Positions 8,315 through 17,985 of a stretch of DNA of 59,084 nucleotides are shown in pieces. The notes under the pieces were generated by a model. That model did not search any database, had not been told where the DNA came from, and worked only from the letters and a program-made list of their open reading frames with translations. The DNA lies in the IMG/VR virus record IMGVR_UViG_3300047552_000148, positions 1 through 59,084 of that record. One strand, given 5' to 3'. The translations under genes were made by a program, and so were the position numbers. Each line of letters opens with the position of its first letter. Within the stretch, counting starts at the first letter, position 1. The stretch is from a virus (taxonomy: Duplodnaviria > Caudoviricetes).

Positions 8315-8815
8315 ATGACGGACAGCGAAGAAGATGTAGTTAATGTCGAAGTCGAAGAAAGCATTAAAGCATGGGACTTCGGCTTAGATGTTTACATTCT
8401 TCCTCAGCCTAAAGACGCCAAAGAATATCTGAAGATACCACGGCTTAGTCGTAGCTGTCCTTTTGGCTACACCATTGATGAAGCCGAGCCAGATTGGCTA
8501 CAGCCTGTTCCGCTTGAGCTTGCTGCTATGGAGAAAGCTCGTAAATACTTGAAGCAATATAGCTATAGGCAAGTAGCAGCATGGCTTACTAAGGTGACGG
8601 GACGGTATATGAGTCACGTTGGCTTGATGAAAAGGATAAAGAGTGAACAAACCATTGGAAGAAAATCGTCTACTTATCGAGAGCTTGCCAGAAGGTACGA
8701 AAAAGCGCTTAAAAAAGCGAAAGAGTACGAAGAACGCATCGGCAAAAGCTCAGACGACTTCTTCAATAGTGATCGTTACCGAGCCATCGAACAGTCTTTC
8801 AGCAACGACACCTGA
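8315..8815 (+). CDS. Putative HTH DNA-binding protein
   Basis: PFGY and SYRQVAAWL...SHVGL helix-turn-helix-like segment. Confidence 0.7.
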   Translation: MTDSEEDVVNVEVEESIKAWDFGLDVYILPQPKDAKEYLKIPRLSRSCPFGYTIDEAEPDWLQPVPLELAAMEKARKYLKQYSYRQVAAWLTKVTGRYMSHVGLMKRIKSEQTIGRKSSTYRELARRYEKALKKAKEYEERIGKSSDDFFNSDRYRAIEQSFSNDT

Positions 8816-10802
8816 AACTGCTGTTGAAAACACAGCTACACCCGCAGAAACACCAGCGCCAGTAGAGCAAATCCACAAGAATGTGGTGTTTCGGCCTAAT
8901 CCGGGACCACAAACAGCCTTCTTAGCTGCTTCTGAGCGGGAAGTGCTCTATGGTGGGGCCTCGGGCGGAGGTAAAAGCTACGCTATTCTTGCTGATCCTA
9001 TGCGGTATATGCATCATCCGCAGTTTTCTGGGTTGATATTGCGTCACACAACAGAAGAATTGCGTGAACTTATCTGGAAAAGCCAAGAACTCTACCCCAA
9101 AATCTACCCCGGCATCAAATGGAGTGAGCGAAAGCTGCAATGGGAGACGCCGCAGGGTGGTAGATTGTGGATGTCGTACCTTGACAGGGACGAAGATGTG
9201 ATGCGGTATCAGGGCCTTAGCTTCTGCGTAGCTAAAGGCACACCTGTGAAGCTATCTGATGGCTCTTACAAGAACATTGAAGACATTTCTGTAGACGACA
9301 CTGTAGCAACACTGGAAGGCTCCGGCAAAGTTGTGTGGAAGTCTTCTGTTATGAAGAAGAAATGTGTTGTTGCTACTACATACACATCATCAGGCAAGCT
9401 AATTGGTACGCAGGTACACCCACTGGACCACTGCTTCTCTTTGTTGAGTGATAAAGCCATTCAAAACACAGACGAAGCCAGAAAGTTTGTTGCTGCTGAT
9501 ATTCAGTGGAAGTCTTATCTTGATGTGCCAGATGCGAATGGAATGTTTCCAGTTGCATTATCGTATAACGATGGGCTTAGTTACGAACAAACATCTTATG
9601 ATCATCCATACACAGGAGAACAGCGCCCTATTCAGGTATGGCTAAGCGTTGGTGTTGTTAGATTCACCAAGATTGATGACTTGTTTGTTGAAGTGTACGA
9701 TCTCACTGTAGATAAACACAACCACTACATTACAGGTAATGGTCTTATCAACAAAAACTGCTACATCGCATGGGACGAGCTAACCCAATGGCCTACCCCG
9801 TTCGCATACAACTATATGCGTTCGCGTTTGCGTACCACGGCACCTGATCTTCCGTTGTCTATTAGAGCTACAACGAATCCGGGTGGGCCGGGGATGGCTT
9901 GGGTTAAAAAGATGTTTGTTGACCCTGCGCCATTTAATACTCCGTTTTACGCTACAGATATTGAAACAGGTAAACCTCTGGTCTATCCAAAAGGACACAG
10001 TAAAGAAGGTGAATATCTTTTTAAGCGTAGGTTTATTCCTGCGAAGCTGTCAGATAATCCATCACTTGCTGCCTCTGGTGACTACGAGAGCATGTTACTA
10101 TCTCTACCAGAACAACAACGCAAACAGTTGTTAGAAGGAAATTGGGACATCGCTGAAGGTGCTGCCTTCTCTGAATTCAACAGGGCCATCCACGTTGTAG
10201 AGCCTTTCACAATACCGTCTAGCTGGCCTCGGTTTAGAGGATGTGATTATGGATACAGTAGTTTCAGTGCTGTGCTTTGGTTTGCTGTTGCACCTGATGA
10301 CCAGCTAGTCTGCTATCGTGAACTATATGTAACCAAGATGGTTGCAGAAGACTTAGCTGATGCGGTTATGGAAGCTGAGAAACATGAGAAGGTGCGGTAT
10401 GGTGTACTTGATAGTAGCTGCTGGCACAATCGAACTGGCGGAGGCCCTTCTATTGCTGAGCGTATGATTGTTAGAGGGTGTCGCTGGCGTCCTGCTGACC
10501 GTAGTGCTGGTAGCCGTGTTGCTGGTAAGAACGAAATACACCGAAGGCTACAAGTTGATCCTTACACGGAAAAGCCAAGACTTGTGTTTTTTAATAACTG
10601 TACACACATCATTGCTGATCTACCCACTCTTCCGTTAGATAAAACAAATACTGAAGATATTAATACAAAGGTTAAAAATGATCATGGGTACGATGCCCTA
10701 CGTTACTCTGTGATGAGTCGTCCCCGTAGTGGTATATTTGACTTTGATACTTCTTCACAACGCAGTGGGTTTATCCCTTCTGATCCTTACATGGGCTATT
10801 GA
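8643..10802 (+). CDS. terL: Terminase large subunit containing a mini-intein
   Basis: Walker A GGASGGGKS, Walker B WDELT, TTNPGG, nuclease D-YG and DHGYDALRY; GTG start with AAGGA (start uncertain). Confidence 0.95.
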   Translation: MNKPLEENRLLIESLPEGTKKRLKKRKSTKNASAKAQTTSSIVIVTEPSNSLSATTPETAVENTATPAETPAPVEQIHKNVVFRPNPGPQTAFLAASEREVLYGGASGGGKSYAILADPMRYMHHPQFSGLILRHTTEELRELIWKSQELYPKIYPGIKWSERKLQWETPQGGRLWMSYLDRDEDVMRYQGLSFCVAKGTPVKLSDGSYKNIEDISVDDTVATLEGSGKVVWKSSVMKKKCVVATTYTSSGKLIGTQVHPLDHCFSLLSDKAIQNTDEARKFVAADIQWKSYLDVPDANGMFPVALSYNDGLSYEQTSYDHPYTGEQRPIQVWLSVGVVRFTKIDDLFVEVYDLTVDKHNHYITGNGLINKNCYIAWDELTQWPTPFAYNYMRSRLRTTAPDLPLSIRATTNPGGPGMAWVKKMFVDPAPFNTPFYATDIETGKPLVYPKGHSKEGEYLFKRRFIPAKLSDNPSLAASGDYESMLLSLPEQQRKQLLEGNWDIAEGAAFSEFNRAIHVVEPFTIPSSWPRFRGCDYGYSSFSAVLWFAVAPDDQLVCYRELYVTKMVAEDLADAVMEAEKHEKVRYGVLDSSCWHNRTGGGPSIAERMIVRGCRWRPADRSAGSRVAGKNEIHRRLQVDPYTEKPRLVFFNNCTHIIADLPTLPLDKTNTEDINTKVKNDHGYDALRYSVMSRPRSGIFDFDTSSQRSGFIPSDPYMGY
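9225..9758 (+). mobile_element. Mini-intein (178 aa) in TerL
   Basis: Starts CVAKGT, ends VYDLTV...HYI..GLINKN followed by Cys; no endonuclease domain. Confidence 0.9.
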
Positions 10803-11464
10803 TGTTAGAAATAATCTCAAGAGATGAAGCTAAAGAAAAAGGGCTTACTCATTACTTTACTGGTGTACCTTGCTTTCGTAATCACCTAACTGTTCGTTAT
10901 GTTTCTACTCACCAGTGTTATGAATGCCATAAACTAAAAAGAACAAAGTATGTTCGTGTAGTTAAAGACAAACACGCTAGAGCTATAGCTAAAGAAAATA
11001 ACGAGCTTACTTATAAGTCTGATAAGCCATGTAAAAATAATCACGACAGTCTTCGCTATACATGTAACGGAATGTGCCTAGCCTGCCTAGATGCTATTGT
11101 TAGTACAGATACTTATAAAAGCAAAACAAAAGCAAGCCGTGAGCGCAACAAGGATAAAAAAGCAGCATACGACAAGCTGTTTGATGCTAGAAACAAAGAA
11201 TATCGTGACCGATTAAAAGCAGACAACAGAGCAAAGCGCCTGCACCGTAGGGTTAAATGGGAGCAAGAACTTACCGAGTTTGTACTTGAAGAAGCTTTTA
11301 ATCTTACGAAACTTAGAAGGGAAGCCACTGGAATAGACTGGCACATGGATCATGTAATTCCATTGTGCGGTGATAAAGTTTCTGGTCTGCATGTATGGAA
11401 CAACTTTGCTGTTATTCCTGCGAAGACTAATCTTCAAAAGAACAACAAGTATGAAGTTGTTTAA
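10799..11464 (+). CDS. Free-standing HNH homing endonuclease
   Basis: WHMDHVIPL...SGLHVWNN...NLQKNN; two N-terminal PCxxxH/CxxC repeats; AT-rich. Confidence 0.9.
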   Translation: MMLEIISRDEAKEKGLTHYFTGVPCFRNHLTVRYVSTHQCYECHKLKRTKYVRVVKDKHARAIAKENNELTYKSDKPCKNNHDSLRYTCNGMCLACLDAIVSTDTYKSKTKASRERNKDKKAAYDKLFDARNKEYRDRLKADNRAKRLHRRVKWEQELTEFVLEEAFNLTKLRREATGIDWHMDHVIPLCGDKVSGLHVWNNFAVIPAKTNLQKNNKYEVV

Positions 11465-11500
11465 CCTACTTCTTCCAATTTAATTTATACCTACACAACT

Positions 11501-13588
11501 ATGGCCCTACTATCCAAACCATCCAACGACAAAACTATGGCGCTTGATGACGCCACAAAGCGTGAGCTTGACACTGGCACAGCCTTTTCTGGCAGCGGTC
11601 TAATCAACTTCATCCAACAGCGCTTCACACGGTCTGAGACATCTCGCCGTACAGACGAGCAACGCTGGCTCAAAGCATATCAGAACTATCGTGGCATCTA
11701 TGGAAGCGATGTTCAGTTTACTTCGACAGAGAAGTCGCGTGTATTCTTGAAAGTAACAAAGACTAAGACACTGGCAGCATACGGCCAGATCACTGATGTC
11801 TTGTTTGCCAACAACAAATTCCCCATCACCATTGATCCGTCTGTGTTGCCTGAAGGTGTTGCTGAAGCTGTTAGCTTTGATCCGAAGCAAGCTACACCGA
11901 CAACACCTGAAGCACCCGCTGAAGCTAAAGAGCCAACCTTTGAAGACTTCGACTTGGAGAAGCTAGAGGCTCGTCTTGGTGCTTTGTCTGATGACTTGAA
12001 AGATGTTAAAGGCTTAACCGAAGGCGAAGGCAAGACAGCCACATCTATCACCTTCTATCCTGCTATGGTGGCAGCTAAGAAGATGGAGAAGAAAATCCAT
12101 GACCAGCTAGACGAGAGTGGAGCTTCAAAGCATCTGCGCTCTACCGCCTTTGAGATGGCACTGTTTGGTACAGGTGTGATGAAGGGTCCGTTTGCTACCA
12201 ACAAAGAATATCCAGATTGGACTGAAGACGGAACATACAAGCCTGTCATCAAGACAGTACCAGAAGCATCACACGTTAGCATTTGGAACTTCTACTGGGA
12301 TCCAGACGCTAACAACACAGAAGAATGTCAGTATGTAATTGAGCGCCATAAGATGTCGCGTACGCAATTGCGTGCCCTTAAACGCCGTCCTCACTTCCGC
12401 GCTTCCGTCATTGATGAAATCGTTGCTGGCGGTGAAGGCTATGTTAAGAAGTATTGGGAAGACACGCTCAAAGACTACACCAACAGCACATCTGTTGAAC
12501 GCTTTGAAGTGTTGGAGTATTGGGGCAATGTTGACATTGACCTGCTCAAAGAGAACGACATCGACATCCCTGAAGAATACGAAGACGGCGCAGAGCTACA
12601 AGCAAACATTTGGTATTGCAACGGTAAGATACTGCGCTTGGTGTTGAACCCGTTCAAGCCATCTAACATCCCCTATTACGCTGTTCCATACGAACTCAAT
12701 CCCTACAGCCTTGCTGGTGTTGGTGTTGGTGAAAACATGGACGACACACAGACGTTGATGAACGGCTTTATGCGTATGGCTGTTGACAACGCTGTACTCT
12801 CTGGCAACTTGGTGTTTGAAGTTGATGAAACAAATTTGGTGCCCGGACAAGACTTGAGTGTATATCCCGGCAAAGTGTTTCGGCGTCAAGGTGGCGCTCC
12901 CGGTCAAGCTATCTTCGGCACTAAGTTTCCTAATGTGTCTCAGGAAAACCTACAACTGTTTGACAAAGCCCGTCAGCTTTCTGACGAGTCTACGGGTATG
13001 CCTTCGTTTGCACACGGTCAAACTGGTGTGAGTGGTGTTGGTCGTACAGCTAGTGGCATCTCTATGTTGATGAACGCTGCTGGTGGCTCCATCAAGACAG
13101 TGATTAAGAATTTGGACGACTACCTGCTTGCTCCGTTGGGCAAAGCATTCTTCAACTTCAACATGCAATTCGATTTCGATAAAGAAATCCGTGGCGACTT
13201 GGAAGTTAAAGCATGTGGCGTGTTGTCGTTGCAGCAAACGGAAGTGCGTAGTCAACGTCTCATGCAATTTCTACAGATTGCTTCACAGCCTACGCTGGCT
13301 CCCCATGCTAAGTTTCCGTACATCTTGCGTGAGATTGCAACTTCGCTGGGGCTTGATGCAGACAAGGTGACGAACGACTATGCAGAAGCTATGAAGCAAC
13401 AAGCGTTGATGACTGCTAACGCTCCTGCTGCACCTATGGGTGTTGCTGGCCCCGGCGCTGCTGGTGCTGGTCCGTTGCCAGTCTCTGACACTGCTGGTGG
13501 CGGTGGTGGAAACATTGGTGTAGGGGCTGCTCCTCCTCCGGGCGCTCCCGGCTTTAGCGCTGCTCCGCAACAAGGCTTGCCAGCATGA
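11501..13588 (+). CDS. Portal protein
   Basis: 695 aa following terL; LFGTGVMKGP, RTASGISMLM patterns of P22-like portals. Confidence 0.88.
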   Translation: MALLSKPSNDKTMALDDATKRELDTGTAFSGSGLINFIQQRFTRSETSRRTDEQRWLKAYQNYRGIYGSDVQFTSTEKSRVFLKVTKTKTLAAYGQITDVLFANNKFPITIDPSVLPEGVAEAVSFDPKQATPTTPEAPAEAKEPTFEDFDLEKLEARLGALSDDLKDVKGLTEGEGKTATSITFYPAMVAAKKMEKKIHDQLDESGASKHLRSTAFEMALFGTGVMKGPFATNKEYPDWTEDGTYKPVIKTVPEASHVSIWNFYWDPDANNTEECQYVIERHKMSRTQLRALKRRPHFRASVIDEIVAGGEGYVKKYWEDTLKDYTNSTSVERFEVLEYWGNVDIDLLKENDIDIPEEYEDGAELQANIWYCNGKILRLVLNPFKPSNIPYYAVPYELNPYSLAGVGVGENMDDTQTLMNGFMRMAVDNAVLSGNLVFEVDETNLVPGQDLSVYPGKVFRRQGGAPGQAIFGTKFPNVSQENLQLFDKARQLSDESTGMPSFAHGQTGVSGVGRTASGISMLMNAAGGSIKTVIKNLDDYLLAPLGKAFFNFNMQFDFDKEIRGDLEVKACGVLSLQQTEVRSQRLMQFLQIASQPTLAPHAKFPYILREIATSLGLDADKVTNDYAEAMKQQALMTANAPAAPMGVAGPGAAGAGPLPVSDTAGGGGGNIGVGAAPPPGAPGFSAAPQQGLPA

Positions 13589-13794
13589 AGCCGTTCTTAT
13601 CCGCTTTGAAAGCGTTCGTCAACAACAAACGACAATGGGACGCTTTCAATGAAATGTTGGCATATCAGATTGAACAGCAACAGCGCAAGCTAGAGCAAAG
13701 CACAGAGATGTCTGATGTGTTTAAGGCGCAAGGCGCTATCGCTGTATTACGACAGCTTAAGTATTTGAGGGACGAAGCAAATGTTGAAAAATGA
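13585..13794 (+). CDS. Small conserved post-portal protein
   Basis: AQGAIAVLRQL motif; ATGA overlap. Confidence 0.7.
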   Translation: MKPFLSALKAFVNNKRQWDAFNEMLAYQIEQQQRKLEQSTEMSDVFKAQGAIAVLRQLKYLRDEANVEK

Positions 13795-15085
13795 AATGGA
13801 TAGCTTGCTTGCCAAAGGCGGCATGAAAGACGAAGCTGGTGAAGTTGAAGAAGAGACAGGCAACGAAGTTCCTGCTGGGTCGTTGAAGGAAGAAGTTGCT
13901 GACACTGTAGATGCAAAGCTAAGTGTTGGTGAATTCGTTATTCCCGCTGATGTTGTTCGCTACATTGGCTTAGAGAAGCTGATGAAGATGCGTGACGCTG
14001 CTAAGGAAGGGCTGGCACGCATGGAAGAGATTGGTCAGGTTGGTAATGCTGATGAGGTTGACAATGCAGATGCATTACATAGCGCTAAGGCTGAAAGCGA
14101 AGACGAAGGTGGTGATAACAACTATGCCAGTGGCGGGTATGTAGGTGGAACAGCCAACGCAGAGAAATACAAACGCGCTCCCATCAAAGGCTTTGAAATG
14201 GTGCAGATGACGGACGACAAAGGCAACACCATCTACATCCCTTACGTCAACGGCAAGCCACAGCTTCAAGTACCTGTTGGATATAAGCCTGTTGTTAATG
14301 CTGCAACTACTCCGCAGGCTGCTGCTCCGACAACAACACCTACAGCGCCTGCCACACCAGCTTATGTTGAGCCTGTACGTGGCGGTGGGGGTGCTAAGAA
14401 TGGGCCTTCTACGCCTGCTGGCGGCGAAGGTGGATTAGGAAGTATTGGATCAGGCACTGGCTACAGTGTAGACAAGAACAACGTTGCTACCCCTAACGCA
14501 AGCATTAGCCCTAAAGTGGCTTCTACTATTGGTGGAATGGTGTTCGGACCTTTAGGGGCTATCGTTGGAGGGATCGGAGCTTCTGTTGTTGGACAAGGTG
14601 ATCAATGGGGAGCAGATCAGCACAACGCACAAGTGGCTGTTGGTAACGAACGGATGGATAAGGTTTATTCACCAGAGCAAGATCAGGCAGATCAAGACGC
14701 TTTAAGTAATGCTTCTAAGCCTGTAGCAGATGCTGCTGTTGAAGGTATCAATGCTGCTGTGGCTGAGGGACTGACAACACAGCAAGCAGAATCCGTATCT
14801 GATGCTGCCGCTGCCGCTGCCGCTAATAACAAAGATGTTAAGGCTGCTATCAGTGCTGCAATTGCTGCTGCTAAAGACGCTAATAGTGTTGACCGAGCTA
14901 CGATGGGTAGTATGTCTAGCCGTAATCCAATGGGTGAAACAGGCGGCGGTATTGCTGCCAATCCAATGGGTCGAGATCCTTCACAACGAAATGCACCAGA
15001 AGGCTTTGGTGGTGGTGGAGCAAACTCTGGTGGAACTAGGGCAGGTGGGTATGGTGGTGTAGGCCATGATCCCGGCGAAGGTTGA
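13781..15085 (+). CDS. Putative head or internal virion protein (LSxGEFVIPADVV motif, low-complexity tail)
   Basis: 434-aa ORF; DAKLSVGEFVIPADVVRYIG; AKGG and ASGG motifs. Confidence 0.7.
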   Translation: MLKNEMDSLLAKGGMKDEAGEVEEETGNEVPAGSLKEEVADTVDAKLSVGEFVIPADVVRYIGLEKLMKMRDAAKEGLARMEEIGQVGNADEVDNADALHSAKAESEDEGGDNNYASGGYVGGTANAEKYKRAPIKGFEMVQMTDDKGNTIYIPYVNGKPQLQVPVGYKPVVNAATTPQAAAPTTTPTAPATPAYVEPVRGGGGAKNGPSTPAGGEGGLGSIGSGTGYSVDKNNVATPNASISPKVASTIGGMVFGPLGAIVGGIGASVVGQGDQWGADQHNAQVAVGNERMDKVYSPEQDQADQDALSNASKPVADAAVEGINAAVAEGLTTQQAESVSDAAAAAAANNKDVKAAISAAIAAAKDANSVDRATMGSMSSRNPMGETGGGIAANPMGRDPSQRNAPEGFGGGGANSGGTRAGGYGGVGHDPGEG

Positions 15086-15232
15086 TTAATATAATGAGCA
15101 AACCCAGCTATATTGTTCAATATATTTAACATATAATACAGCATACTAACAGCAGAGGTGGGCTGCTTAGTATCAAATCTTTCCCACCATTCTTGGCTAC
15201 CTAACCATGTTAGCCCCAACTTAAAGGCATTT

Positions 15233-16096
15233 ATGACAACCATTGTTGAAAAAGTAGAAACTAAAAGCGTAACACCTTCTATGGGTGGACGCAAAAGCAA
15301 CCGAGAGCGTATTGAACGTGAGGAAGCTGAGATTGAACAACTTCTGAATAAGAACAATAAGGAAGACAAAGACGAGGAAGAAGTAGCTGTAGCAGACAAC
15401 GCTTCACCAGAAGAGAAGACATTTGCTAAACGCTATGGCGACCTACGCCGTCACAGCCAACAACAACAAGCTGCCTTGCAAAAGCAAATTGACGAGTTGA
15501 AAGAACAGCTTACCAAGTCTACTGAGCAACAAATCAAACTGCCGAAGAGCGAAGAAGAGCTTGCAGAATGGGCAGCAACCTATCCTGATGTAGCTAAGAT
15601 TGTTGAAACCATTGCTATGAAGAAAGCCAAAGAAGCTGCTGAAGCAATGCAAGAACGTCTCAACAAACTAGACGAGCGCGAGAAGCTGACTGCCCGAGAG
15701 AAGGCTGAGCTTGAGTTGATGAAGATTCATCCCGACTTCGATAAAATCCGAGACACTGACGACTTCCACAACTGGGCTGAAGAGCAGCCTGAATGGGTGC
15801 AGAAGGCTTTGTATGAGAACGATACAGATGCCCGCTCCGCTGCCCGTGCTATTGACCTGTACAAGATTGATCGCAACATTGCTAAGAAGAAACCTGCTGC
15901 TGATACCAGCGCTGCCAATAGTGTTAGTACACGCTCGGGGCGTACTACCCCGGTTGATGTAGATAAAGAAGGTGTGTTTCTTGAGAGCGAGATTGCTAAG
16001 ATGTCTGTGCGGCAGTACGAGAAAATGGAAGAGCAGATTTTGAAGGCTCGTCTTGCTGGTAAGATTGTCTACGATATTAGCGCTGGCGCACGATGA
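15233..16096 (+). CDS. Capsid scaffolding protein; start revised to ATG 15233
   Basis: Acidic coiled-coil protein (KRYGDLRRH, HPDF..I) upstream of the MCP. Confidence 0.8.
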   Translation: MTTIVEKVETKSVTPSMGGRKSNRERIEREEAEIEQLLNKNNKEDKDEEEVAVADNASPEEKTFAKRYGDLRRHSQQQQAALQKQIDELKEQLTKSTEQQIKLPKSEEELAEWAATYPDVAKIVETIAMKKAKEAAEAMQERLNKLDEREKLTAREKAELELMKIHPDFDKIRDTDDFHNWAEEQPEWVQKALYENDTDARSAARAIDLYKIDRNIAKKKPAADTSAANSVSTRSGRTTPVDVDKEGVFLESEIAKMSVRQYEKMEEQILKARLAGKIVYDISAGAR

Positions 16097-16099
16097 TAT

Positions 16100-16129
16100 T
16101 TGACACTATTGAAAAAATAGTGTTATAAC
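16100..16129 (+). promoter_or_regulatory. Putative promoter TTGACA-18-TATAAC with inverted repeat ACACTATT/AATAGTGT across the spacer
   Basis: Read directly; the related TGTTATAAC also occurs at 26691, upstream of the tail fibre. Confidence 0.6.
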
Positions 16130-16208
16130 TTTTAACAGAGCGAAAACGACGACGGTCGCTGATAGTGCCAACTCACTGTCTAGCTCTTTAATCTAGTTGG
16201 AGATTGAA

Positions 16209-16766
16209 ATGGAAGTAAAAACCTGTACCTCTTGTGGGGAAACGAAGGCGTTATCTGAGTTTGGCACATCAGGAAGACATGATGGTAAACACAAACCAAA
16301 GTGCTTAGTATGTTGTGCAAAGTTGTTACGTGAATATAGACTAGCAAATCCCGAACGTGTTAGGGAACGGGATCGTAAACAATACATCAAAGACAGAGAA
16401 AAGATTCGTATCAAGAACTTGCGCAGAAGTCACGGTATAACAATGGAGAAGAAGTTTTCTTTGTTGTTGAATACAGCGATTAAACGCAAGGAAAAACGAG
16501 GACAGAAGATAGAGGTTTTTATTTCTCTTCAAGACATCAAAGATGTTTATGAGAAACAAGAAGGTCGATGTGCTTATACAAAGCTGCCTCTCACAAGTGA
16601 GCCGCACCAGCTTAATACAATAAGTCTCGACAGGATAGATAGCAACAAACACTATACTGTTGATAACATTCAACTTGTGGGTATTGCTATAAATAGGATG
16701 AAGCTAGATCATACTGAAGAACAGTTTATTCAGCTTTGTCGGTTAGTAGCAGAGAACAGTAAGTAG
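16209..16766 (+). CDS. Free-standing HNH-type homing endonuclease
   Basis: KTCTSC..EF zinc finger; QEGRCAYT, SLDRIDS..HY..DN; GGAG RBS before ATG 16209. Confidence 0.88.
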   Translation: MEVKTCTSCGETKALSEFGTSGRHDGKHKPKCLVCCAKLLREYRLANPERVRERDRKQYIKDREKIRIKNLRRSHGITMEKKFSLLLNTAIKRKEKRGQKIEVFISLQDIKDVYEKQEGRCAYTKLPLTSEPHQLNTISLDRIDSNKHYTVDNIQLVGIAINRMKLDHTEEQFIQLCRLVAENSK

Positions 16767-16900
16767 ACAGACAACCCTGTTGGACTTAGCCATTACTCTT
16801 TAGGCCATCTAGAAACTTAAAGAGTGATCACCTGAGACGAAGGCCCTGTAGACAAATGTTTGAAGCATTTTGTTTACGCCATTTCTTAAGGAGATTTTAC

Positions 16901-17971
16901 ATGGCTTTTCCTAGCGCACCATCTTATGGAAACTTGCCCACGGGCGGGTTTTCACCTACCATCTATAGCAAGAAAGTTCAAGTAGCTTTCCGCAAGTCTT
17001 CTGTAGTTGAAGACATCACTAACAGCGATTACTTCGGTGAAATCGCCACCATCGGGGACTCAGTCCGAATTTTGCGAGAGCCCGAGGTCAGTGTTCAGTC
17101 GTACGCTCGTGGTACTCAGATCACTGCACAAGACTTGAATGACACCGATTTCACTCTGGTTGTCGATCAAGCAAACTATTACGCATTCAAGTTGGACGAC
17201 ATTGAAGCTGCTCACAGCCACGTTGATTGGCTGCAAATGGCTTCGGATCGTGCTGCTTATCGTCTGCGCGATAACTACGATCAAGACGTTCTCGGTTATC
17301 TGACAGGCTACGAGCAAGCTGCTAAGCACGCTAACGCTTCTGTTGCCCGCACTACCGCTCCCGGTACTAAGGCTGTTGCTTCTGCTGGTGCTGACGAACT
17401 GTTGTCGTCCATGAAGCTGAAGAAGGGTGACTTCACCAACATTACCACTGGTAGTGCTGGCGACCACTCCATTCCGTTGGCTCCCCGTCTGCCCGGTGCA
17501 ACTGCTCTGCCTACTGCTACAGCTTCCCCGCTGATGGTGTTGGCCCGTATGAGCCGTTTGCTGGATCAACAGTTTGTTGACACCGCTGGTCGTTGGCTCG
17601 TGGTTGACCCTGTGTTTGTTGAAATGTTGAAAGACGAAGACAGCCGTTTGCTCAATAGCGACTTCGGTGGCTCTGGCTTGCAGAATGGTTTGATCATCAA
17701 CAACCTGCACGGCTTCCGTGTGTATGTGTCTAACAACCTCGCCAAGATTGGTACTGGTCCGTCTACCGCTGGTACGGCTAACCAGAACACCAACTTCGGT
17801 GTTATCGTTGCTGGTCACGACTCTGCCGTTGCAACTGCTCAACAGTTGACCAAGACTGAAACCTACCGCGATCCCGACAGCTTTGCTGACATCGTGCGTG
17901 GTATGCATGTCTACGGACGTAAAATTCTCCGTAGCGAAGCTATCGTTACTGCGAAGTACAACGTTGCGTAG
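16901..17971 (+). CDS. Major capsid protein; start ATG 16901
   Basis: TAAGGAG RBS, strong codon bias, GRWLVVDP and FADIVRGMHVYG patterns of HK97-fold MCPs. Confidence 0.92.
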   Translation: MAFPSAPSYGNLPTGGFSPTIYSKKVQVAFRKSSVVEDITNSDYFGEIATIGDSVRILREPEVSVQSYARGTQITAQDLNDTDFTLVVDQANYYAFKLDDIEAAHSHVDWLQMASDRAAYRLRDNYDQDVLGYLTGYEQAAKHANASVARTTAPGTKAVASAGADELLSSMKLKKGDFTNITTGSAGDHSIPLAPRLPGATALPTATASPLMVLARMSRLLDQQFVDTAGRWLVVDPVFVEMLKDEDSRLLNSDFGGSGLQNGLIINNLHGFRVYVSNNLAKIGTGPSTAGTANQNTNFGVIVAGHDSAVATAQQLTKTETYRDPDSFADIVRGMHVYGRKILRSEAIVTAKYNVA

Positions 17972-17985
17972 TTTTTATCATATCA

